Source of the DNA: an uncultured delta proteobacterium
GTDB lineage: Bacteria; Desulfobacterota; Desulfobacteria; Desulfobacterales; SpSt-501
Assembly (NCBI GenBank): GCA_963791285.1
Contig: CAWBSC010000025.1
Coordinates: forward strand, 92,520-156,519
Length of the DNA: 64,000 nt
Reading direction: 5' to 3'
In this document: positions 47,835 through 60,706 of the stretch, piece by piece
Position numbering within the stretch: position 1 is the first letter of the stretch
How the letters are laid out: each line of letters begins with the position of its first letter
Notes under the pieces: generated by a model
The model's input: only the letters and a program-made list of their open reading frames with translations
Told to the model about the DNA's origin: nothing
Database searches by the model: none
Position numbers and translations under genes: made by a program

Positions 47835-48698
47835 TTATGCTGCCAACCGCTGTTCATAGTACCGGCGCTCGTAGGCTGCCGGAGATAGATACCCCAACTG
47901 CTTCTGTATACGCTGTCGGTTGTAAAAGACCTCGATGTACTCGGTGATCTCCCGAATGGCCTGCTGCCGGGTGGCGAAGCGACGATGAAAGACCAACTCG
48001 GTTTTCAATGTTGCCCAGAAGCTCTCCATCGGGGCATTGTCGTAGCAGTTGCCCGCTCCACTCATCGAGGCCTTCATGCCAAGCGCCTCCAACATCTTCC
48101 GGTACTCCGCGGAGCAGTACTGACTGCCTCGGTCCGAGTGGTGCACCAGTCCGGTCGGCGGACGGGTTGCCTCAACGGCGCGCCGCAGCGACTCGATGAC
48201 CAGGTTGCGCGTCATGCGCACGCCCATCGCATAGCCGACGATCTTGTGCGTACACAGGTCCTTGTGCCCGACCAAGTAAAGCCAGCCTTCCTCCGTGGGG
48301 ATATAGGTGATGTCGCTCAGCCAGGTCTGCGACGGAGATCGAGCATCGAAGCGCTGCCCCAGCAGATTCTCCGCAACCGGCAGGCCATGACGGGAATCGG
48401 TCGTCGCCTTGAATCTTCGACGCTGCTTGCAGCAAAGCCCGAGCTTGCGGCGCAGGCGTTTGATCCGGTGCACCCCGATGCACACCCCGTGAGCGGCCAA
48501 CTCCCGCTGCAGCCGCTCCGGTCCGTAGGTCTGCCGCGTGCGCTGGTGGGCGGCGCGGATCTCGATCTCCAGCCGAGGCTCCTGCTGCGCTCTTCGCGAC
48601 GGCGCACGGCGGCGATTCGCATGAAAACCGCTCGCAGAGACCTCCAGCACTCGGCACAGCACTCCCAACGGATACTCGAGTCGCAGCTGCTCCATCAT
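47835..48698 (-). CDS. IS3-family transposase OrfB (DDE integrase core)
   Basis: 287 aa. WLSDITYIPTEEGWLYL, HHSDRGSQYCS and NCYDNAPMESFWATLKTE give the DD(35)E region. Confidence 0.9.
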   Translation of the reverse strand: MMEQLRLEYPLGVLCRVLEVSASGFHANRRRAPSRRAQQEPRLEIEIRAAHQRTRQTYGPERLQRELAAHGVCIGVHRIKRLRRKLGLCCKQRRRFKATTDSRHGLPVAENLLGQRFDARSPSQTWLSDITYIPTEEGWLYLVGHKDLCTHKIVGYAMGVRMTRNLVIESLRRAVEATRPPTGLVHHSDRGSQYCSAEYRKMLEALGMKASMSGAGNCYDNAPMESFWATLKTELVFHRRFATRQQAIREITEYIEVFYNRQRIQKQLGYLSPAAYERRYYEQRLAA

Positions 48699-48731
48699 CG
48701 CGTGCCGTGCAGCGACTCCTTGGCAAAGTAC

Positions 48732-49969
48732 GCGGCGGTGAGTTCAACCAGTCAACGCAACACAATCTCTAAATTTCTCTGCTGGCGACAGATACCCCAA
48801 AGTTTTTCGTGGCCTTTGATTTAGCCGCAAGGCGACCTCGTCCAAATCGGATTGTGAGTAGGCAGAAAGTTCAGCGCCCTTTGGAAAATACTGTCTCAGC
48901 AGTCGGTTTGTGTTCTCATTTGTCCCGCGCTGCCATGGGCTCTGTGGATCACAGAAATAAACCTGCACATCTGTTGCAATCGTGAATTCCTTGTGTTGGG
49001 CCATCTCCATGCCGCGATCCCACGTTAAGGACCGACGTAGCTGGGTCGGCAGTTCGAGAACTTGCTTGGATAGTGCCGATGTCACGCTGGTGGTATCTTT
49101 GCCTGCGACTTTGACAAGCATGGTGTAGCGCGAGCGACGTTCAACCAAAGTTGCGATATGAGTGTTCTTCGAACCGGTGATCAAATCACCTTCCCAGTGC
49201 CCTGGGATTGAGCGATCTTCGACATTGGCCGGTCGCTGCCGGATGGATACCGCATCCACAATTTGCCCTCTTGGTTGGCCACCGGATTTGGCATTAGCTG
49301 ATCTCCGCATAACCTGTCTGGATCTCAAATGCCCCAGCAGCTCCTTTTTGAGCACACCCCTGGCCTGGATAAACAAACTTCGGTAAATCGTCTCGTGGGA
49401 AACGCGCATGCTTTTGTCGTTGGATATTCTACAACCAACCATCCGGATATTTGCTCTGGAGACCAGTCCAGGCTCAACTTCTCAGCTACCACCTGCTGTA
49501 ACTTATTGCAGGCGGCAAGTCGGCACAACTTCGGGCGGCGAGATCGATCCCAAGCGGCAAAATCAGCAGCCGAAGCACGATATTCTCTTCGCCCACCATG
49601 ACGGCCAATTTCCCGGCTCACTGTAGATGGGGCTCTTCGGATTTTTGCGGCAATTTGGCGGATCGACATTCCTGCAACTATACCCCTTGATATTTCTTCC
49701 CGTTCGGCCAAGTGAAAGAGCCAATCGGGATCGGCGACGCGGTATTGGAAAGATCCCTCCATGAGAAGATAATACCCCATGAACCGATCCCGGGTTCTTG
49801 CCGAGCGCCCGGCTTATCTCGCTCAGTGACTGACCGTGTTTCCATCGATGCCAAAGATCTGCCTTCTGGGAAGCAGTGAGCCCAGGTCGTCCCATTTGTG
49901 CCATACGCACCACCTTTCCAGATTGTTATCGGTCAAGGTGTTGCGTTGATCAGTTGAATATACCGCCGC
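48732..49969 (-). mobile_element. IS30-family insertion sequence nested inside the IS3 element
   Basis: Roughly 32-bp imperfect inverted repeats: GCGGCGGTGAGTTCAACCAGTCAACGCAACAC (48732-) and GTGTTGCGTTGATCAGTTGAATATACCGCCGC (-49969). The ends are uncertain by about 3 bp because of the GCG repeats. Length about 1.24 kb. Confidence 0.8.
48744..49913 (-). pseudogene. IS30-family transposase, 2 frameshifts
   Basis: Three track ORFs join in sense: MAQMGRPGLTASQKADLWHRWKHGQSLSEISRALG...; then AEREEISRGIVAGMSIRQIAAKIRRAPSTVSREI...; then NDKSMRVSHETIYRSLF...GHWEGDLI...TWDRGMEM...CDPQSPWQRGTNENTNRLLRQYFPKG. Shifts lie near 49705 and 49430. Confidence 0.85.
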
Positions 49970-49976
49970 TTTTTTT
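49970..49976 (-). other. A7 slippery run, likely programmed -1 frameshift site of the IS3 element
   Basis: Minus strand reads CTA AAA AAA GCG within orfA. The -1 frame is open from here into orfB. The IS30 end abuts this run. Confidence 0.5.
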
Positions 49977-50239
49977 AGGATGTCGCGCTCCATCCGCACC
50001 AGGGCCAGCTCTCGCTTCACCCGGGCCAGTTCAGCCTCCGTCTCTGTCAGAGGACGCTGGCTGGACCCGATCCGCTCCAGCTTGCCGGCTTTGAAGGCTC
50101 GCAGCCAGTTCTCAAGCGTCGATTTGGGCAGCGACAGTCGCATCGAAGCCTCTTGGACCGATACTCCGCCCTCGGTTACCAAGCGCACCGCTTCCAGCCG
50201 CAGCTCTTTAGTGTACTTGCTGTGTGGGAGCCGTTCCAT
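49970..50239 (-). pseudogene. IS3-family OrfA (HTH), interrupted by the IS30 insertion
   Basis: MERLPHSKYTKELRLEAVRLVTEGGVSVQEASMRLSLPKSTLENWLRAFK...RDILKKAA, followed by IS30 sequence. The displaced 3' end (YFAKESLHGTR stop) lies at 48695-48731. Confidence 0.8.
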
Positions 50240-50781
50240 CGTGACACCTCCGTTTGTCTTCCATCGTAAACTTTGGTGTCCATTTTTTCCAGCTTACCCA
50301 CATTATAAGACCCCACAGATGCGCAGGGTACGCTCCAGACAGGCTTAGCTTGGGGAAGCTGTGGCACTCCGGACCGCACCTTTTGAATATAGCATCACTG
50401 GTGCGTCTGTCGATCTGCCTCTCTTGGAGCGACCAAGGGGGTATGCACAGGGTTAAAGCATGTGGTAGCACCACCCCTATCCGAGGCTTTAATCGCCGGA
50501 GGCAGAAATGTGGATTACGATGGAGAATCTATCCACTTGTCAAAGTGTGGACTTCATGCCTTATCCACAACTTTTGCCGAACCGGATAAATGATGGTTTA
50601 GCTGACGCTTCCTGAAGATTTCCCTGCAACCCGCAAATGGAGAGGATCTGAGTCGACTACAGTCGACGGCGGCCATCTCCGTTGCAGCGAGGGCCGTGGC
50701 CCTCCCCTCGCAACTCCGAGCTCGCAACTTCGCCTTGCAAGGTCCTATATTGTCGCCACTTCACGCTCAGGAGGGCACGCG

Positions 50782-51689
50782 GTGCAACCGACCATCACCC
50801 CCGCCGGCGACGGCGTGTTCCAGATCCACCTCACCCCGCCGGCGCTGCCCGGTTTCGGGGACTTCATCAGCAGCTGGCTCATGACCGGCCCGGCGACCTG
50901 CCTGGTCGACGTCGGCCCGGCGTCCACCGCCGACCAGCTATCCGCCGGCCTCGCGGCGCTCGGGGTGACGCGCCTGGACTTCATCCTGATCACCCACATC
51001 CACCTCGACCACGCGGGGGCGACCGGCCACATCGCCGCGCGCTTCCCCGAGGCGCGCATCGTCTGCCACGACAAGGGCATCCCGCACCTGGTGGACCCGG
51101 CCCAGCTCTGGAAGGCTCGCGCAAGGTGCTGGGGGCGGTCGCGGACGGGTACGGGCCGCTTCTCCCCGTCCCGGCCGGGCGCTTCGTCCCCGCCCAGGGG
51201 TTCGACGAGGCCGGGATCCGCGCGCTGATCACGCCCGGGCACGCGCCGCACCACGCGAGCTTCGACGCGGGCCGCGTGCTCTTCGCGGGCGAGGCCTGCG
51301 GCGTGCTCTACGCGCTCTCCGCCGGGGACTACATGCGGCCGGCGACCCCGCCGCGCTTCTTCCTGGACACCGCGCTCGCCAGCATGGATCTCCTCATCGC
51401 CCGCGCGCCCGGCCGCATGGTCGTCGGCCACCACGGCCTCCGCGACAACGGCGCCGAACTCCTGCGCCGGCACCGGGAGCAGCTGCTCTTCTGGGAAGGG
51501 TGGATCGCGACGCATCAGGCCGAAGCCGGCGACGCCAACGCCGTGGAACGCCTGGTCGACGGGCTGCTCGCCGAAGACCCGCTGCTGCGCGCGTTCGATA
51601 GCTTCCCCGCGCCGGCGCAGCAGCGCGAGCGCTACTTCCTGAAGAACAGCGTCAACGGGTTTCTGGGGTGGGTGAGGGAGAAGAGATAG
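50782..51689 (+). pseudogene. MBL-fold metallo-hydrolase, 1 frameshift in this assembly
   Basis: GTG start and the motif HIHLDHAG. A missing G in TGGGAA near 51110 joins ORF 50782..51228 to the sense tail of ORF 50682..51689 (LGAVADGYGPLLPV...ITPGHAPHH...). Confidence 0.75.
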
Positions 51690-51694
51690 GGGAA

Positions 51695-51942
51695 GTTGGC
51701 CCGTTGGCCCACGGTGAGGCCCTGCGTCGTTCAATGGGAGGGCCCGCTTTCTCGGTCTGATCGGTCGGACCGCTCGGGTCGGACCCATCCCCGTATCACG
51801 GCCTGCAATAACGTTCGAAACGGCGCCCCAGGCCGTCAGCCAAGGCGCCGCGGCCCTTCGGAAAACGCAGCATGCTCCTCGGCATGTGAGCATTTACGAA
51901 GGGCCGCGCAACGCCGGATCACGGCCTGCGGCGCCGTTTTTC
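51695..51942 (+). repeat. composite repeat: ~115-bp head, 26-nt PR-1 right-end fragment, and one full PR-1 unit (51817-51942)
   Basis: The head is homologous to 62011-62104. The unit reads GAAACGGCGCCCCAGGCCGTCAGCCAAGGCG...CATGTGAGCATTTACGAAGGGCCGCGCAACGCCGGATCACGGCCTGCGGCGCCGTTTTTC. The element fills the whole gap between two stop codons. Confidence 0.85.
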
Positions 51943-52816
51943 TCAGCTGTTCAGGATCGCGTCGATGACGTTGACGGTGGCCACGGTCGCGGCGACGTCG
52001 TGCACGCGCACGATATGGGCCCCGCCGATCACAGCGGCCGCCACCGCCGCCTGGGTGCCGGTCTCGACGACGGGCAGGTCGGGCGGGATGTCCCTGACCT
52101 CGGGCGGCTTGACCAGCCGGCGGATGAAGGACTTGCGGGAGGGACCGACCAGCACGGGCAGGTCCAGCACCGCGAACTCGGGCAGTCGACGGATCAGCTC
52201 GAGGTTGTGGGCCGCGGTCTTGCCGAAACCGAGGCCCGGGTCCACGACCAGCCGTGAACGCTCCACCCCCATTCGCTCCGCACGCTCCACCGCCCGCAGC
52301 AGGTGATCGCGGATTTCCCCGACCAGATCCTCGTAGCGCGGGTCCACCTGCATGGTGCGCGGCTCGCCGCGCATGTGCATGAGCACCAGCGGGGCCTCGA
52401 ACTCGGCCGCCGCGCGCGCGAGATCCGGGTCGAGCTCCAGCCCCGAGATGTCGTTGACGATCGCGGCTCCGGCCTCGAGCGCCCGGCGCGCGACCTCGGC
52501 CTTGGTGGTATCGATGCTGATCGGGACGTCGACCCGCCGGGCCAGCTCGGCGACGACCGGGACCACCCGGCGGATTTCCTCCTCCGCGGGACCGGATCGG
52601 AGAAGGGCCGCGTCGACTCGCCGCCGACGTCGATGAGTCGGCGCCGTCGGCCGCCATGCGCTCGCCGCGCGCGACGGCGGCCGACGGGTCGAGGAAGCGC
52701 CCGCCGTCCGAAAACGAGTCCGGCGTCACGTTCAGCACCCCCATGACGCAGGTGCGGCGGCCCAGGTCGAGGACCCGGCCGCCGCAGGCGAGACGGTATA
52801 GAGCGCGCGTGGGCAT
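51943..52816 (-). pseudogene. folP: dihydropteroate synthase, 2 frameshifts in this assembly
   Basis: MGVLNVTPDSFSDGG. IDVGGESTRP is readable only after restoring single missing bases near 52638 and 52588. ISIDT and VNDISG blocks present. The C-terminal part is ORF 51943..52566. Confidence 0.85.
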
Positions 52817-52913
52817 CGTCCGGCTTACACCCGGGTGTCGACCGCGACCGGCTGCGCGGCCGGCTCGTCCTGCCTCGATCTTCTTGAGGGCAGCCGGATG
52901 CCCGGGCGCAAGC

Positions 52914-54717
<1,804 letters not shown>

Positions 54718-54851
54718 TCACCAGTTAGGGGTGGGGTGTCTTCAAAACTGCGGGAAGTATCCCGTATCTCACGCGAAAATTCAAGCACCATTTGCCGGGG
54801 CGGGAGCATCCGAGCAGGGGCGAGTGGAATTCCGGAATAATTTCCGGCAAC

Positions 54852-56293
54852 CTAATCATCCTCGCGCACAGGCGCAACCAGGCGCTCGGCCGTGAGCACC
54901 CGCCGCGTGCCCGGGGTGATCCGGACGCTCTCGTCCAGGCGGTGGCCGGCGACCCAGACGATGCGGTCATCGCTCAGCAGCAGCGGGCAAGATCGGCGCT
55001 CCGCGGGCGCGACCTTGTGGTCCCCGAAATACTTCTTGAGCTTTTGCGATCCCCCCACCCCCAGGGGACGAAACCGGTCCCCGGGGCGGCGGTTGCGGAT
55101 CATGAGGGGAAACCGCACCGTCTCTGCGTCGAGCCGCGCCGTGAACGGGCCCCCGCCGAGCAGGCCCTCCGACCTCACCCGGCGGGGCTTCCACGAGCCG
55201 AATCGCCTCGCCGGTTTCGGGGACGACCAGGGTCCCGCACCCGGCCAGGCGGTGTTCGTAGACCGGGCCGGGTACGGCCGGTCCGGGCCGGCCCGCGGCC
55301 GCGGCCCGCTCGATGACGATCTCTCGCGCGGTGCGACTCACGCACACGCCGCCCGGCAGGTGCCGGGTGCCCGTGGCGTTGAAAACGCTCTCGACGTGGT
55401 CGAAGCCGATGCGCTGCAGGTCTCCCCGCACCCGGCGCAGCGCCGTGCGCACGACGCGGCGGCGCACGGCGACCGGGAGCTCGGCCAGGGCCGCCGCGTC
55501 CAGCGCCACGCGCCCGGGAGCGCGCTCCTGCAGCAGGCGTTCAACGATGGGCTGCAGCAACTCGTCGATCCAGACCTCTTCCGCGGCCAGCACTTCGGCC
55601 GCGCGGCTGAGAACGGCACGGGCCGCCGGCTGGAAGTCCCGCTCCAGGAGCGGGATCAGGCTGGTGGCGGATGCGGTTGCGCCGCAGGCTCTCGTCGGCG
55701 TTGGTGGCGTCGTTCATCCAGCGCAGCCCCCGGCCGCGCAGATACGCGTCGATGTCCGCCCGGAAGGCCCGCAGGAGCGGGCGGATGTAGATTCCGTCCC
55801 GCATGGCGCGGATCCCCCCCAGCCCGGACCGACCGCTGCCGCGCAGCAGATTGAGCAGCAGGGTCTCGGCGTTGTCGTCCGCGTGGTGCCCCAAGGCGAC
55901 CTTGGTGTAGCCGTGGCACTCGGCCGTGCGGCGGAAGAAGGCGTAGCGGGCCTCCCGGCCGGCCGCCTCCAGCGACGTCCCCAGCTGCCGCTGCAACGCG
56001 CGCACGTCCGCCCGTTCGCGGTGCACCGTGACCCCGAGCTCGCCGGCCAGGCATTCGACGGCCCGGGCCTCCGCCGACGATTCCGGGCGCAGCCCATGGT
56101 CGAGGTGGCCGACCCCCAGTCGCAGGCCCAGGCGCTCCCCGCGCGCCCGGAGCAGGTGCAGCAGCGCGGTCGAGTCGGCCCCGCCGGAGACGCCGACCAG
56201 CACGGCATCCCCCGGTGCGAGCAGGGCGTAGCGGTCCACCGCCTGGTCGAACAGGCGCTCGAGGCGGGTCGGGTGCGGGTCGGAATGGGCCAT
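54852..56293 (-). pseudogene. tilS: tRNA(Ile)-lysidine synthase, 2 frameshifts in this assembly
   Basis: PP-loop VGVSGGADSTALL. Frames join near 55660 and 55190. The C-terminal domain RNRRPGDRFRPLG...KLKKYFGDHKVAPAERRSCPLL is typical of TilS. Confidence 0.85.
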
Positions 56294-56395
56294 GATCGAA
56301 AATCCGTTCGGCGGGATTCGGCTGCCTGTTTAGCCTTTACGGCATCCCCCCGCACCAAGTCAACCGCCGCGCTCGCCCAGCCCCATACGCCCCCT

Positions 56396-56444
56396 CCAAA
56401 ACACCCAAACACCAAAATACCAAAATACCCAAACACCCAGACCC
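56396..56444. repeat. single-arm (CACCCAAA)n-type tract
   Basis: CCAAAACACCCAAACACCAAAATACCAAAATACCCAAACACCCAGACCC. Confidence 0.75.
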
Positions 56445-56461
56445 CCGCCCCCCACTTTCCG

Positions 56462-56489
56462 CTTGAAAAATCGAGCGAAGGGCGTATGT
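56462..56489 (+). promoter_or_regulatory. sigma32-like promoter motif P1 (no ORF downstream for ~300 nt)
   Basis: CTTGAAA (56462-56468), 13 nt, GCGTATGT (56482-56489). Same architecture and flanks as P2 (GCTTGAnA-N13-nCnTATGTTCnCC). Confidence 0.35.
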
Positions 56490-56771
56490 TCACCCAGTCT
56501 CGAGAAGCGGGGTCAAATTTGAAGCCCCCTCTCCCGCCCAGGGCCCTGGGACGTGTGGCCCGGATTCATCCGGCCGGTCGCCACGCAACAGACGCGCACG
56601 AACCTCGTCAGGTCCGGAAGGAAGCAGCGATAAGTGATGTCGGCTGTGTCGTGGATCGTTTCCGAACCGATGGTTCGGGCCACACATCCGAGGGCCCCGG
56701 GCCGCAGCCCCTCCCCCCCACCCCGGCAACCCAACGCCTCTAATTCGTTATAGAAAACCTTTTGCCAACGG

Positions 56772-56799
56772 CTTGACATCGAAAGCGCGTGCCTTATGT
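56772..56799 (+). promoter_or_regulatory. sigma32-like (or sigma70-like) promoter P2 of grpE-dnaK
   Basis: CTTGACA (56772-56778), 13 nt, CCTTATGT (56792-56799). Compare the E. coli sigma32 consensus CTTGAAA-N13/14-CCCCATNT. Lies 35 nt upstream of the grpE ATG. Confidence 0.5.
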
Positions 56800-56833
56800 T
56801 CCCGGTCGATCTCATTCGACAAAGGCAGAGGAA

Positions 56834-57457
56834 ATGTTCGACAAGCGCAAAATCAGGATTGCATCTCACGACGACAAGGCGGTGAACGCGACCGCTGACG
56901 CAGAGGGCCAGAGCGACGCGCCGGCAACCGGGGGCGACGACGCCCCGACCGGTGAGGCGGGCGCCGAGGCGGCCGGACTCGAGGCGAAGGAAAAGGAGCT
57001 GAAGGAAACCTACGACCGGCTCCTGCGAACCACCGCGGAATTCGAGAACTACAAGAAGCGCATGGCGCGCGAAATGGACGAGTTCCGCAAGTACGCCAAC
57101 CAGTCGCTGCTGCGGGAACTGCTGTCGATCGTGGACCACATCGAGCTGGCGCTCCAGGCGGCCGGTTGCGAGGGGTCCGAGAAGACCATCGCCGACGGCT
57201 TGGGCCTGACGCTGAAGGAGCTCATGCGGATCCTGGAGAAGTTCAGTGTGACCCCGGTCGAGTCGACGGGGCAGCCGTTCAACCCCGAGGTCCACGAAGC
57301 CATCCTGCGTGAGCATTCGGACAGCCTGCCCGAAAACGCCGTCATTCGCGAAATGCAGAAGGGCTATTTGATCAACGGCCGCCTGCTGCGGCCCGCCCTC
57401 GTGGTGGTGGCCGCCCGGCCGGCTGCGGAACCCGGCGATGGCGACCCGACCCGCTGA
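56834..57457 (+). CDS. grpE: nucleotide exchange factor GrpE
   Basis: Start at MFDKRKIRI (ATG 56834). YDRLLRTTAEFENYKKRMAREMDEFRKYANQSLLRELLSIVD and GYLINGRLLRPALVVV are typical GrpE blocks. Confidence 0.9.
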   Translation: MFDKRKIRIASHDDKAVNATADAEGQSDAPATGGDDAPTGEAGAEAAGLEAKEKELKETYDRLLRTTAEFENYKKRMAREMDEFRKYANQSLLRELLSIVDHIELALQAAGCEGSEKTIADGLGLTLKELMRILEKFSVTPVESTGQPFNPEVHEAILREHSDSLPENAVIREMQKGYLINGRLLRPALVVVAARPAAEPGDGDPTR

Positions 57458-57506
57458 CCCATTATTGGATACTATTCGACACTGACATCAGGAGGAGGAA
57501 AACGGT

Positions 57507-59437
<1,931 letters not shown>

Positions 59438-59466
59438 GGCGCGGGCGACCCCCGCACGAAGAACGC

Positions 59467-59497
59467 AAGCGGCCCCGCGCGGGGCCGCTTGTTTTTT
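59467..59497 (+). terminator. rho-independent terminator after dnaK
   Basis: AAGCGGCCCC GCGC GGGGCCGCTT (10-bp stem) followed by GTTTTTTG. Confidence 0.8.
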
Positions 59498-59603
59498 GTG
59501 GGGAAGCGCTCCCGCGGCCCGGTGTTCTTTACATCCGGGCCGCGGGTGTTATGTTCCGGATGATTCACACGCTGGAGACTGGAACGCACGCAAAAGGAGG
59601 CGC

Positions 59604-60074
59604 ATGATGGCGGGCAAACGCATTCTGTGGCCGACGGACTTTTCGAGCATATCCGAACAGGCGCTGCCCCACGTGAAGGCGCTCAACCAGAACGAGCCGG
59701 GCGAAATCCACGTCCTGTACGTGATCGAGGACATCGCGCACCACGACGGGTGGTACGGGGCCTTCGAGGAGAAGCGCGTGCAGGAGCTCATGGAGCACGC
59801 CAACCGCACGGCAACCAAGCGGCTGGGGCAGATCTGCGAAAAATACCTGGAGGGGTGCCCGCTCTACATCAAGCACGTGGCCGTCGGGGACCCGGCGACC
59901 GAAATTCTGAAGCTCATCCAGAAGGAGAAGGTGGACCAGGTCGTCATGGCGAGCCACGGCGCCCAGGGCAACTTCCGCTTCGGCAGCGTGGCCGACAAGG
60001 TGCTGAAGCACTCGCCGGTGCCCGTCACCGTCATCCCGGTCGACCCCAAGCCGAAGACCAAGGCCACGGCATGA
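59604..60074 (+). CDS. universal stress protein family
   Basis: 156 aa from ATG 59604 (AAAGGAGG upstream). ILWPTDFS...VVMASHGAQGNFRFGSVADKVLKHSPVPVTVI fits the UspA ATP-binding motif G-x2-G-x9-GS. Confidence 0.85.
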   Translation: MMAGKRILWPTDFSSISEQALPHVKALNQNEPGEIHVLYVIEDIAHHDGWYGAFEEKRVQELMEHANRTATKRLGQICEKYLEGCPLYIKHVAVGDPATEILKLIQKEKVDQVVMASHGAQGNFRFGSVADKVLKHSPVPVTVIPVDPKPKTKATA

Positions 60075-60085
60075 AGATGGAAACC

Positions 60086-60208
60086 AAAAACGAGCCTCGG
60101 GCCGTCAGACAAGGCGTGCGGCTTTTTGAAAAGCGGAGCATACGTTCAGTATGTGAGCATTTGCAAAAAGTCGCACAACGCAGGATCACGGCCTGAGGCG
60201 AGGTTTTT
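60086..60208 (+). repeat. PR-1 family, full diverged copy
   Basis: AAAAACGAGCCTCGGGCCGTCAGACAAGGCGTGCGG...TATGTGAGCATTTGCAAAAAGTCGCACAACGCAGGATCACGGCCTGAGGCGAGGTTTTT. It fills the gap between two convergent stop codons. Confidence 0.8.
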
Positions 60209-60672
60209 CACCCGCCCGAGGTTTGCGGGAACGCAGTGTTGGCGTAAAGGTATTCCATCTTTTCCTTGTGCCGCAGTTCCTCGTTGGCCATCTTGAGCAG
60301 GATCTCTCGGGCTTCGCCGGCCGCGTGCTGGCCGGCCAGCTCGGTGTAGAAACGGTGCGAGCGCAGCTCGCGGTGGGCGGCCGTGAGGAAGACCTCGGCG
60401 CTGCTCATCTGCGCGGAGCGTTCCGGCTCGGCCATGTGCTCGGCGATGCGGGTGGCGACGACCTCGATCAGCCGTAGCGCGGCCGCGCCGTACTCCCCCG
60501 CGCGGTAGCGGACGAGGAACTCCTTGTGCCGCACCTCCTCCCCGGCCACCCACTGGATCGCCTCGCGCGCAGCCGGGTCGCTCACGCGCTCGCGCAGCTC
60601 CGTGTAGAACCGGTAGGCTTCCTCCTCGCGGGCAATCGCCGTATCCACCAACGAGCACAGATGCGCATCCAT
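60208..60672 (-). CDS. ferritin-like / rubrerythrin-family diiron protein
   Basis: 154 aa. Two ExxH motifs (GEEVRHKEFL and NEELRHKEKM), each preceded by an acidic helix (EEEAYRFYTEL, ELRSHRFYTEL). Confidence 0.7.
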   Translation of the reverse strand: MDAHLCSLVDTAIAREEEAYRFYTELRERVSDPAAREAIQWVAGEEVRHKEFLVRYRAGEYGAAALRLIEVVATRIAEHMAEPERSAQMSSAEVFLTAAHRELRSHRFYTELAGQHAAGEAREILLKMANEELRHKEKMEYLYANTAFPQTSGG

Positions 60673-60706
60673 CGGACCCCCTTCCGGTTTAAAGACGCCC
60701 AGCCCC

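Larger units (their letters stand above)
47820..50282 (-). mobile_element. IS3-family insertion sequence (about 1225 bp without its IS30 passenger)
   Basis: Terminal inverted repeats TGGACACCAAA at 47820-47830 and TTTGGTGTCCA at 50272-50282. orfA and orfB lie on the minus strand. No matching target duplication is seen (flanks AATAG / TTTTTT). Confidence 0.8.

Noticed and set aside
56450-56833. CIRCE/HrcA operator upstream of grpE-dnaK.
   Set aside because: No TTAGCACTC-N9-GAGTGCTAA-like inverted repeat is present. The only regulatory-looking motifs are the two sigma32-like promoters.
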